Shown here: positions 1-10,063 of the stretch, piece by piece
Layout of the letters: each line of letters begins with the position of its first letter
How positions within the stretch are numbered: the first letter of the stretch is position 1
NCBI GenBank assembly: GCA_000934665.2
Contig: JYFJ02000917.1
Span: forward strand, 62,001-100,799
Reading direction: 5' to 3'
Origin: Catajapyx aquilonaris
Taxonomy: Eukaryota
Length of the DNA stretch: 38,799 nucleotides
Translations under genes and position numbers: made by a program
Notes under the pieces: generated by a model
What the model was told of the DNA's origin: nothing
Databases searched by the model: none
Seen by the model: the letters and a program-made list of their open reading frames with translations, nothing else

Positions 1-857
1 TCATTAAAATATATAAGAAAAAAGAGGAGAGAATGCTGTCCGGAGGCGCTCACCTTGACAAGACCATGACGGGCGCATATGTCAACGTCATATTGTCCAA
101 AAATAATTTTTGCAATTTGCTGAGCATAACATGTCATTCATGAAAGTAATATGTCTGTATTCTTAAATATTTATTGGAGTGTTCGTCATTCAGGTTGAGG
201 ATTTCGTACTCGAAGAAATCGTTGAAATAATTTCAATGATTTTTACGAGTACCACCTTTCGAGTACCAATTACTGGAAACTGTTTTCTCAAGATGTCAAA
301 ATATTAGCATAGTAATAATATTGTCATATCATTCAAATATGCTCAAACGTATAACTATGTCATTCATACATTCTTAGAGCATTAATATTCTGGAATTAAA
401 CGCGTTGAAGCTGAAAACACATTTTTAAACTAAATTATGTCAGAAACGTGCTCAAATGCCACTCACGGTATGACACCTGATGCTCATGACGTTAAAATTA
501 AGTAAAAATATGTTTAAAATTTATTGAGTATTTTCCACTCTTGTGTGTTCATATACAAATTCCTTAAAGTCGAAATACCCTTTTTCTCGATAAGTGTCTG
601 AAGTTGTCAGAAAAAGTAGTTCCACACTCTCTAGTGCACTCCAATATAACACTCAATTTGACTGGAGAGAAGAACTCTTAAAAAAATTTTATAACCCAGA
701 ACTTTACATGTAGAAGTGGCTTGAGACCAGACTTGATGAAACCGTTATTCCAACTTGCTCCGTGTAACCTCAGGCTGTGAAAAACCTATGACGGAAAATA
801 GCGGGGCACGTATGAGATTTACTGTCGCTCAAATGAAGAATAAATTATATATATTAA

Positions 858-1239
858 TCAGAAGGTGGAGAACATAAAGGGGTTGGTGTCTATGTTTTTT
901 TTCGCGAATAAGACGTGGGGGCAATTTTCTATTGAAAGTAGGCCTCGAGTCTTCTCTATGCTCATGAGAATTTCGCCGCCTTGCATTTCACTTCCTACGG
1001 AGAGTTTAAATATAGCTGGACAGTTCGGATGTAAGAGCATTGTCTTGCGTGGAGGTTTGACAACGTCACTTTCACCTCGGATTGGGTGACTTTCTCGGAC
1101 CGGACTACATGCGGTGGCTTTTATCAGCTCTGTAACAGCACGAAGGAAGAGTGTTCTCTCAACCTTACGCTCCTTTTTTTTAACTATTCTTTCCGGTGTG
1201 CACAATGATGAATATGCACAAAATTTGGGTAAACCTGAC
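858..1239 (-). CDS. Terminal exon of CENP-N-like gene
   Basis: Acceptor ctctctctctcag (AG at 1241-1240), then a 127-codon frame to TGA at 858-860; includes ORF 858..1205. Confidence 0.55.
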
Positions 1240-2309
1240 CTGAGAGAGAGAGTGATTAAATTTAAAATGATGCAACAGTACGGGACAATGCCAGAGTAAA
1301 ATTAGAGAATGTTATTCGTCACAAATGTGTTGTACGTGACATACCGGTATTGGTTAGGATGTGATTCTTTAGTCTTCAATAAGAGCAGACATTAAGTCAC
1401 GTGCGAACAATAGGCTACACTTGATTTATCACACATTTGTCAGCAACGTTATACCATTAACTGATAATTATCTTTATTCAATTAGGAATTGCACATTTCA
1501 TTTTTTCCGGTTTTTAAGTAATAAATTAATCAGAAGTATGCGATAATGTGTAATGCAATTAAGAGAAATTTGTGATACTCTGTACGCTTCCTGATGATTG
1601 GATAAAACAAAGTACCTAGCAAAGAGTAACAAAGTAACTTATAAAATGTACGTGTACATTGTAAATCGTCAGCACTACACACAACTTTGACACTACCATA
1701 CATTTTCCTTTTTTTATTATCTGGCCATTAAACCGGTTGCATCTCTGAGTCACGGAGCAGTGCACTGCCGATAATCCTAAATTATGTCAGTCGCAACAAT
1801 CCGTTATCAGAGTTTTGTACAACCATTTTTGTTACGAAACCATCCCCAAAAATGTGCTCACCCACTGACCCACTTTGCAAATATCACGCTCAAAGATTCC
1901 CTTTCGTTCATCAGTCAACCTCTTAATAATAAAACCAGCTCGAACCCATGCGCATTTTCTCCTCAAACACCTGGAGCCGATGAAGTAGTAGGTTAAATAT
2001 CACGTTTTGGTTAAATAACAGCCTATCAAGCAAAGATAGCCTGAAGCGCCTACCGAGTATAAAAATCTGGCCAGAGAAACTGGATTTTGGGGCCGTTTGC
2101 TTTTGTATGAGAAAAAAAAAATAATGAGGAAGAAGAAGACTGAGGGGTCTACCGGGGGTATCCCAAAACCCTTCTTCTTGTTCAGGGTCAACTGAATGAG
2201 GCTCCACGCTGGCTGGCTTGGCTGGAAGAAGACCCTTTCGATGACTTGGCCCCCATTCAAAAACCAGACTCACATATGGCTTAAGGGCGAATTTTTGGAA
2301 CTCAAACAT
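858..2309 (-). CDS. Multi-exon gene, putative divergent CENP-N-like centromere protein (N-terminal exons uncertain)
   Basis: Phase-consistent GT-AG exon chain: 2054-2099 (or a shorter 2054-~2079), 1870-1970, 1697-1776, 1345-1373, 858-1239 (stop TGA 858-860). Spliced product: ...FLWPDFYTRCLRRKCAWVRAGFIIKRLTDERKGIFERDICKVGLSAVHCSVTQRCNRFNGQIIKKGKCMTKESHPNQYRSGLPKFCAYSSLCTPERIVKKKERKVERTLFLRAVTELIK...NIDTNPFMFSTF*. By-eye similarity to recalled human CENP-N. The upstream exon ends at donor CCG|GTAGAC (2153); ATG 2309 is one possible start. Confidence 0.5.
1345..1373 (-). CDS. 29-nt exon (TKESHPNQY-R) of CENP-N-like gene
   Basis: tctgctcttattgaag acceptor and CG|GTATGT donor; phase 0 to 2 fits both neighbours. 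Confidence 0.45.
1697..1776 (-). CDS. Internal exon of CENP-N-like gene
   Basis: ctgacataatttag acceptor and ATG|GTAGTG donor; encodes (G)LSAVHCSVTQRCNRFNGQIIKKGKCM. Confidence 0.5.
1870..1970 (-). CDS. Internal exon of CENP-N-like gene
   Basis: cttcatcggctccag acceptor and G|GTCAGT donor; encodes (R)CLRRKCAWVRAGFIIKRLTDERKGIFERDICKV. Confidence 0.5.
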
Positions 2310-3193
2310 GTGTACGCACCTGTCTAACCGGATTTTTAGATGGCCACTTTTTTATTCTGGAGGGTACAACACCCGCTTGTTAATATTTTTTTTGCGGAAG
2401 GAAAACAAAGTTTACAAGACGTGGAACAATATCTGGCTGTCAGCATTGTTGTTTTCGGGGTTGTTGGTAGGTGGAAAGAAAGATAAAAAAAGAAATATAT
2501 GTTAGAGGCTCGTTTGTGGATCAGTAGGTCAAAAATTGCTGGTTACTTCATATTGTTTTTAGGGCTTAGTCGACAAGACACAATAGGGCGTGTTGCTTGA
2601 CGTAATTCAACTGTCAACTGTGCGTTACGCTGGCGGACAACAATGGTTAGGTAAACGGAATGGGGGTCAATTTTTGACGATAAAATCGAAGCAACGGAGT
2701 GGAAATTCCCGAAAAATATATGGCCTGAAGTTACATGTATCCCAGGAGAACCTCTTACGATTGCTGATTTTGATGCTGGATTTTTTTTTCAAAAAACCAT
2801 TTCAAACGATTCAGTTTTTCTTCAGATTGAATTGTAATTCAGCAGCAATAATCACAATAATTGTTCATATGAAATACTGTGGGCAAAATCTCAGTAATTT
2901 CAATGGAGTTGTTCACTTAACACCTTCTATCGAAATGATTATCACTGTGTAAATTTATCATTTAATTTTTTCCTGAGCAACTGGGCACATAGCATTAAAA
3001 TTGAAAGTAACCGTAAGACATTTTTATAATTTAGTCAGTAAATATGAACAACAATTTTTCAGCTACCTACATCTGAACTTAGCCACATATTAAATAACTC
3101 CTAATTTCTATTTCCAGGTTTTGAGGCGACCGAAAGTGAAACGACTCCGCCACCAAAAATTGGCCAAATCAGACACGAATTGTGTTTGTCCAC

Positions 3194-3452
3194 GGGGGGG
3201 AAGGAGTGGGGGAGGGGAGGGGAGGAGGGTGTTTTTTTATATGAATTTAGTAAAAAAAAATGAGACACTGGACCGGATCGTGTCGTGATTGTTAAGAGCA
3301 ACTCAAACAGCAAATTACCAAGCAATCAGGTTCATGCAATTTCCTCCTCCTCCCCCGACCTCCCTCCCTTCCTTCTCCTCCTTCCCCCTTCTCTTCTTGG
3401 CTGTTCCATTTTTCTCCCCCACCTCCAACACCCCTTCCCTCACCATCCCTTC
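3194..3452. repeat. G-rich tract (3194-3229) and C/T-rich tract (3343-3452), low complexity
   Basis: ggggggaaggagtgggggaggggaggggaggaggg, followed ~110 nt later by cctcctcctcccccgacctccctcccttcc... Confidence 0.6.
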
Positions 3453-5336
3453 CCAGAAGGCTCCTGGTTTTCCAGTCCGCTCTCGACTCCATAGGTGTTG
3501 CCAGGGATCCGACCATCAACCTTGGATCGTACTATACCGTAAGTAAACATTGCACTTAATTTATTGGCGTATAACTTATCACATTTTTTTTATTTTTTAA
3601 AAAAGGCTGATGATTCAAGAGCGGCGTTGGTGCACGCCTGACAAATCTTTGGACACAGTGATGAGATAATGCGAGCGGAAGCTCTGAAGAGCCTACTATT
3701 TTTGGGTGAGTTATTTGATGTAGTTTTTGGGACTTGAATGCAATTAAGTTGACTATTTTTTTTAAATCTGTTCAATAGTTTGTTGACATGGCACCATCAG
3801 TGATTTCATATTAATTTCTCTGTATTTACCTCAACACATTCAAATATTCGTAGGGTCAAACCTATATATACAGTACGATGAACTTATGCTTGAAATTTAG
3901 TCTCAGGTGTGTTAAAATCGTGATTAAATCGACCTGTTGTTTCCCTCCAGCCCTTTATTTTGTCCCCAATTTGTTGTTGATGTTTTCCTCGGCCCCTTGG
4001 TATCGCTAACTGTGAACTATCAAACGAAAGTGTCGGCAACCCTAATTCTCGGCCAGCACCGATGCTGCTACATCCTCCGCAGAACGGGTCAACTTAACAC
4101 TATCCGCTGCCAATATTGCCCATGGGAGGGAAAGTGACCGAATAAATAACGGTGGTCGGAAAAATAATGATTCCTCCTCAGCTCTTAGACGGCCTGAGAG
4201 AGACAAGGCGGAAAATTAGTGGCCGATCTAGGAGAATGAAATCACGCGCGCAGAATTTTATCCGCAATTTTTTTTTATTCGCAAAAGGTCATGCGCATCC
4301 AGGTCCTTTCAATTCAACACTGAGCCGAATCTGTCGTTTTTTTAAGAAAACCCCCTCTTGTTCTCCTTAATTGGAGCTTGTCTTAATTTGCCAGAAAAGC
4401 GGTGTATAGGGCAAGTAGGACACATACACATCTTGAAACCAGACACATAAATGGGACAGGGCGGGTAGCCCTCTAGTCGGTTAAATCAAACGGTCAGTTT
4501 GTTGCCCGGAAGCAACAAAAGTCCTGATTTTTTTTTGCTCACTTGCTAATATTTTTTTTGTGTGTGTGCGAATCTTCAGGTTGGGGAAACACCTTCTGCT
4601 AGACATGTCTGTGTTCCTTGCCAAAACGACCAGACCTTCTTTCCTGACCAGACGGTTTTATTGAGGCGGGAATGCTACCAAACTGTGCAGACCTGCTTTT
4701 TCTCCGCCATGACACTCGAGTTTTTGAACCAATGGAGAGGTTGAACCTACTTTACTTCAAACGAACAAGACTTGATCTTGACCTCTCTAAAACCAGCAGA
4801 CTTCCGCAGCTTTGGGGTTTTTGCACGTGGGCACCGCACGTTTCGTCGTGACTTTTGAATAAAATTAATGGAAGGGCCCATTAAAGGATGAGAGGTCAAG
4901 GATTACGTGGCGTTGTTTTTAAAACGGGGGGATTTCCCGTAATTTTTTAAGACAAACTAGGTGATTTCGTGACCAGATTTTTGCAATGCAATTTTTACCG
5001 TTTGACCCCCGGTTGAGGTCACAGGATCTGCACGCATCGTTGTTTTTTTTCCACGACAATCTTAGTGTCATATTGACGACAAAATACACCTGAGATGCTC
5101 ACCAGAGCAGTAAGTTAACCTCAATTACAAAACGTTGCCTTCGACTTGACGTAACCTCTATTCAGGAAGCGTTTCTCATCCCATTATTTTGCCCTCAGCA
5201 GCCTTCATCTTATTCTCTCAATTCTTCAGATTCCTTTTCGCGTCTGTTGCATATAAGGTGTGGCCAGATCATCATTTAGGTCTCTAGCTCTTCTCAGTCG
5301 AGTTTTCATCCTGCCACAACCTGACAATCTGGGTCA

Positions 5337-5394
5337 ATGACATTCTCTGATCCATTCGCACTTCTATTGTCCTGGGTGCATTTACATGCCGCCG
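5337..5394 (+). CDS. Candidate first coding exon (signal peptide) of the lipase gene
   Basis: ATG 5337 gives MTFSDPFALLLSWVHLHAA plus G|GTTGAT, a phase-1 donor that fits the 6424 acceptor and yields a hydrophobic leader. The donor is weak; an alternative start is ATG 6286 with a donor at 6359. Confidence 0.35.
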
Positions 5395-6423
5395 GTTGAT
5401 TGGTGAGATTACATCTAAGCTCCACATTGAATAGATTTAAAATGTCGCGCGTGACTTTCTCATGAAGCTGTTTCCGCGAAATATCACCTCAGGGTCGTCG
5501 GCCCAAGATGCAAATTTGCGACAATAGGAAAACTTGCACTGCTGAAAAAGCATCTATGAAAGTGGCGACAGTCCGGAAGTTTCTTTCGTCGTTCTTGTCT
5601 TCTGGTAATTTCCGACACCACCCTGTCCTTATCAATTACAAGAGGCATGCACAATATCCCAATGCAGATCAAGCCCTGGAGCGACAACTTCCTCGCACAC
5701 TCTAATGTCACGCGAGGAGCTCCTTCTGTCATGACAACTTTCACGAAATATGATTCCCTTTCTCTTTTTGTTTCACCTTCATATTTTTTTATTACATTTC
5801 TTTGGTCACGTTCGAATAATAATAATAAAAAAACGTGACAAGGTACGAATTCGCTCACATTCACATGTGCATTTTAGAAATCGCCCGCAGCAAACTGATG
5901 GGTTCAACAACCCGTCATTTCAAATTTCTGTCTCTCTTTTTTTTACATCTTCCTGTGGTGCTCACCACAGATTTGGGCACCGTAAGTAGTACCGCAAAAA
6001 TCATTCATTTTTTTCCTCGTATTTCAAACCGCTTCAAATTAGTCCAGGTGTTGCGAAAGGACGCTCACTATTTTATTTTATTTTTTATTCCTGCATCCTC
6101 TACGCTCTCTGCAGATACGAATCACATCTCATGTAACTGATTCGAAATTGCGGCATCATTATCTTTAGCGGGACAGTGGTGCGCACACAAAAAAATTGTT
6201 TAGCTGCACCTAAGAATAATGACATACGGAAATTGTAAGCACGTGATAGCCACAGGCCCGGCCACAATGAAGAAGTGTCATTCATATGTACTGTTACATT
6301 CGACTTTTTGTTTCCCACGCTGCATTAGTAATGACACGTATTCCATTGCTTAAAATGGGTTTGAAGTATGTACAAACACTTGTATAAGTTGGTAACTAAA
6401 CGGTTTATTATTTGTTTGATCAG

Positions 6424-6580
6424 CTTGTGTGAGTACTGGACTGGGGCTTGGCCAGATTTACTTCGGTGATCCGGTGGCAGAAGCACAAGACGAGGTCAAC
6501 GATGCAGCCGTTTTCCGGGCCATCATGTCCAGTGTGGGTCAGTGGGCACTGCGTAGAAGCCAGCGGCACACTTCTCGCAG
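6424..6580 (+). CDS. Lipase exon: end of signal peptide and pro-region
   Basis: tttgatcag acceptor and AG|GTATAT donor; [51 protein letters not shown]. Confidence 0.75.
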
Positions 6581-9564
6581 GTATATATACACCAAATCAC
6601 ATCAAATTCGCAATCAATTTTTGCACAAATGTATTTTTCCAGGCATAAAAGGGATGAAGAGATGGTGTGCTACGCTGAAGTGGGTTGCTTCCGCGACGAA
6701 GGGCCTTTCGACTACCTGGACATGCTACCATCACCACCTGAGGAAGTTGGGACGCGCTACCTTCTGTACACGAGGAAAAATAACCTAAGTCCTCACGAGA
6801 TGAGCTTCTTCAACATCACAGGATTCGCACACTCCAATTTCAACGCATCCAACCCTACCAAAATCATCATACACGGATTTGGAAGCAGTTGCCAAAGAGT
6901 TTGGGCCTACGAGATGAGGCTCGCACTGTTATCAGTGGTCAGTAGTTCTCGAAAAGTAGTATGTTTAGAGATGAACCAGACGATCACAACCGAGTGCGCA
7001 CCACAGTTCACGCACGTGGATGCGCACTCGGTTGCGCTCGTTAAAAATGTCATCATGAGCTATCTAACGTTATCCAACAATTCCAGCTGGATTGTAATAT
7101 CATATGTGTCGATTGGGAAAACGGAGCTGCTTTGCCAAACTATGTGAGAGCAGCAGTGAACACAAGGCTGGTGGGCAAGCAGGTGGCTCTCCTGGTTCAA
7201 AGGTTAAATTCGCAAACTGGGAGTCGAACCCAAGACTTCCATCTGATTGGGTTCAGTTTGGGTGCACATGTGGCTGGATTTGCAGGACAGGAGCTTCGAA
7301 ACCTGAGTCGAATCACAGGCAAGCAAAATCATAATCACGATTTTCGGGCATAAATCTGCAGCAAAAGGTTAAACGCCATTTGTCTGCAGGTTTGGATCCG
7401 GCTGGACCGCTTTTCGAAGGTTACGACCACCGAGCCCGTCTGGACGCGTCGGACGCCCTGTTCGTGGACGTGATTCATTCGAATGGTGACAGTTTGGTGA
7501 TGGGAGGTCTAGGGGCATGGCAACCCTTGGGTCACCTCGATTTCTACCCAAACGGAGGCCGCATGCAGAAAGGATGCACCAATCTCTTCTTGGGAGCTGT
7601 TCGAGACTTCTTGTGGGGTAAGGTTGCATCTGGTGTGTGATTAGTATACTTGATATTTAAAAGAAAAATTCTGTTGAAATCATTCAGCGTCTGAAGGAGA
7701 CGGAAGGAGCTTGTGCAACCACCGTCGTGCCTACAAGTTCTTTACGGATTCGGTGTCTCCGAGATGTCCTTTTCCGGCCTTCATGTGCGATAGTTATGAA
7801 AAATTTCTGGCCGGAGCCTGCTTTCCATGCAGTCCGGAGAACCCCTGTGCCAATATGGGCTACTATGCGGACGTGCACAAAGGTCCGAGCGGGGTCCAGT
7901 ACCTGATCACAAGGGAGGAAGAGCCCTTTTGCGGTATGCTAAATGACACCTCTCTGCAATAGCCGATTCGCTCACAAAGCCCCATTATTTTGCAGCCAAT
8001 CAATACAAAGTTATGATAGAAAGTAGTGCTACTCCTGCCCCAATCCACACCTACGGAAGCATCGAAATTACGCTAATTGGAGCGCATGAAATTAATGAAA
8101 CGTTCCAAATAACACAGTGAGTACACACACTTATTACCCTGTCAAGCGAAAGCAGCAATGTGTTTCAATTACAACAATAATGCAATTTGCTGATGCAGCT
8201 CTGCCAAAGATTCGTTCAACTCTGAAGACACCTTGGTCCGTCTGATTGTGCCTCATCCTGCTATGGAGGAACCACTAAAAGTGCATATAACTTACACATC
8301 CTACCAAGGATGGATTTACAGCGGTGTGCCAAGATGGAACATTGACAGGATCACACTCATGAACAGTTTCGGCAAAAGGTTACTATTATCTCATACCTAA
8401 ACAATTGAAAGTCGTCAGAATCCTTCCCCGTATCATGAATGTCAAATGCTAATTAACTTTGCCTGGACTTAATGACCTTATTGAGTTGCAGGAAGCATCG
8501 CCTACCAATAAGTAGCTAATTACACCCCCAACCTTTATTGTCTCTCGTTCCAGCCTGTCATTTTGCTCCAAAGGATTTGCATTACAATCGGGCGTACCTG
8601 CCACACTTGCCCTTCTGCCCGGCGACTGCAACCCTCATCCTCAGCCGTATTACATGCCCACCAACCCATGGAACACTTTCAACTCTACATCGGTAAGGAT
8701 AAAATTATTGCAATTTTTTATATTGCAAAATTATGACTCTTTGTGTTCCAACAGAACGAGGTCCGCACGTACATTCGGGAAGAGAACGTGCGTCATCCTT
8801 CAAGCTCCGATCCGGATTACTACACGTACCTGCACACAGCCCCGGAAGGTGCCTCATTCGACAACACCTGGATACGTCCACCGAAACCGCCATCCACATT
8901 CGAGCTGGTCCCGTTCGACTCGGTCCAGCTGATGAAACCGGATGGCAATGAGCTGAAGAACCACGTGGCCCAGGCGTTGATTCCGGGCGAGGCCGCGTGT
9001 CCGGACGCGAACGGAACGCGGTGCAGGCACGTGCCAAAGCAAGAGCCAAGTGCGCACAACTCGTCCGTCGTGTATATATACCCTGTGCAGCAGCAGCAGA
9101 AAACGGATGTGGACAATGCGACACATCCGGTGTCAGACAGGCTGGATGACCTCTCGACCTTAAAGCCGGCTGAGGTCACAGTCCAGATCCTTCCGCCGCA
9201 TCTCTCCGCCATCTTGGCCCAACTGGAAAGACACGGATTGGCGCCCAGCTCCACCGCCTTGCTTCATCCGAGGTCAGCCCTGCCCCCACAGCCGCGACCT
9301 GCAGCAGTGACCTCGCCCAGAAACCGTCACTCCAAGGTGATGACCTCTCCTTGGATGCAGGCTTCTCCTCGGATCCACGCTGCCCGTACTGGAAGGACCT
9401 TCTCGCACTTTAAGAATGGTGGAGCCAACAGGTGGTACATGTACCCGTTTAGGGCACAGGTGGTGCCTCCCAGTGACAACTACGAAGCTAGGATTATACC
9501 GTTGCATAGAGCTATGGCTCGCAGCTACAACGCGGCTCCGGAACGGAAAGGACGCATGGAATGA
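6424..9564 (+). CDS. Pancreatic lipase-related protein (alpha/beta-hydrolase lipase + PLAT domain + long C-terminal tail), ~800 aa in these exons
   Basis: Exons 6424-6580, 6643-6937, 7087-7318, 7390-7617, 7688-7933, 7996-8116, 8199-8378, 8554-8692, 8755-9564, all in phase. Motifs: VCYxx[22 protein letters not shown] (nucleophile Ser 7255-7257), RITGLDPAGP (Asp), [24 protein letters not shown] (His), EPFC. Confidence 0.93.
6643..6937 (+). CDS. Lipase exon ([11 protein letters not shown]...IIHGF...LLSV)
   Basis: tttttccag acceptor and GTG|GTCAGT donor; N-terminal lipase motifs. Confidence 0.92.
7087..7318 (+). CDS. Lipase exon with GFSLG nucleophile elbow
   Basis: ttccag acceptor; [14 protein letters not shown]...[10 protein letters not shown]...RIT; GC donor CAG|GCAAGC. 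Confidence 0.92.
7390..7617 (+). CDS. Lipase exon with catalytic Asp and start of lid
   Basis: ctgcag acceptor; GLDPAGPLF...[20 protein letters not shown] donor. Confidence 0.93.
7688..7933 (+). CDS. Lipase exon with catalytic His
   Basis: cattcag acceptor; [12 protein letters not shown]...EEPFC; G|GTATGC donor. Confidence 0.93.
7996..8116 (+). CDS. Lipase exon, start of PLAT domain
   Basis: ttttgcag acceptor; [11 protein letters not shown]...[11 protein letters not shown]...NETFQIT; CA|GTGAGT donor. Confidence 0.85.
8199..8378 (+). CDS. Lipase exon, PLAT domain
   Basis: tgatgcag acceptor; LVRLIVPHP...[33 protein letters not shown] donor. Confidence 0.85.
8554..8692 (+). CDS. Lipase exon, end of PLAT domain (FC...GDC) and start of tail
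   Basis: tctctcgttccag acceptor and TCG|GTAAGG donor. Confidence 0.85.
8755..9564 (+). CDS. Lipase terminal exon, Pro/Ser/Ala-rich tail
   Basis: ttccaacag acceptor, phase 0; 269-codon open frame (ORF 8743..9564) ending in TGA. Confidence 0.8.
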   Translation, partial: NEVRTYIREENVRHPSSSDPDYYTYLHTAPEGASFDNTWIRPPKPPSTFELVPFDSVQLMKPDGNELKNHVAQALIPGEAACPDANGTRCRHVPKQEPSAHNSSVVYIYPVQQQQKTDVDNATHPVSDRLDDLSTLKPAEVTVQILPPHLSAILAQLERHGLAPSSTALLHPRSALPPQPRPAAVTSPRNRHSKVMTSPWMQASPRIHAARTGRTFSHFKNGGANRWYMYPFRAQVVPPSDNYEARIIPLHRAMARSYNAAPERKGRME

Positions 9565-10057
9565 CCGCATCGGTCGAATAGGACCGGTTCTTACAAAGCA
9601 TGGTTTAAGGCCGGATGATACACCCGGTTCTAAGCCAGAATTGTAAACAACCGGACACGTTATTTATTTACTGGTTATCTACTCGTAACTTATTTCAAAA
9701 TTACTGTTAGGTGTAAACCCTTCCCTCTCACAAGGCATTGGGGTGTTTTTCAAGTGAGCTTCCAGAGAGGGAAGTACAATCCAAATTTCAGTTTAAAGAT
9801 AAATGTTAGTAGCCGATCAGCATTAAATTATATGAATTACTCACCATTTCCATCATGATAATAACAGTTGATTGCAGCTCTCCTCTCTGGAAGCATGGTT
9901 ATTGAACAACACCCGTAGTTTAACCCACAGCTAATTTTGTGGGGAATACTGCCGGAAATAATTACATATATGGAATTGCCATAAATGTTGACGGAAAAAA
10001 ATTGCTGTGATATGGAAACCTGAAGGTCGCATTATTTCTTTTATGTCAATAGATATA

Positions 10058-10063
10058 AATAAA
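10058..10063 (+). terminator. Candidate polyadenylation signal of the lipase gene (alternative at 10536-10541)
   Basis: AATAAA ~500 nt after the stop, followed by T/GT-rich sequence. Confidence 0.35.

Noticed and set aside
5898..5981. MGSTTRHFKFLSLFFLHLPVVLTTDLGT as the lipase signal peptide
   Set aside because: Its GTAAGT donor is phase 0 and would run into TGA after the 6424 acceptor; the hydrophobicity comes from a pyrimidine tract
8705..9570. Several antisense and alternative-frame ORFs (72-144 aa)
   Set aside because: Shadows of the GC-rich lipase terminal exon; no recognisable motifs
9562..9618. UGA-C stop of the lipase with 17 further open codons
   Set aside because: Short, unremarkable extension of a secreted protein; compatible with chance
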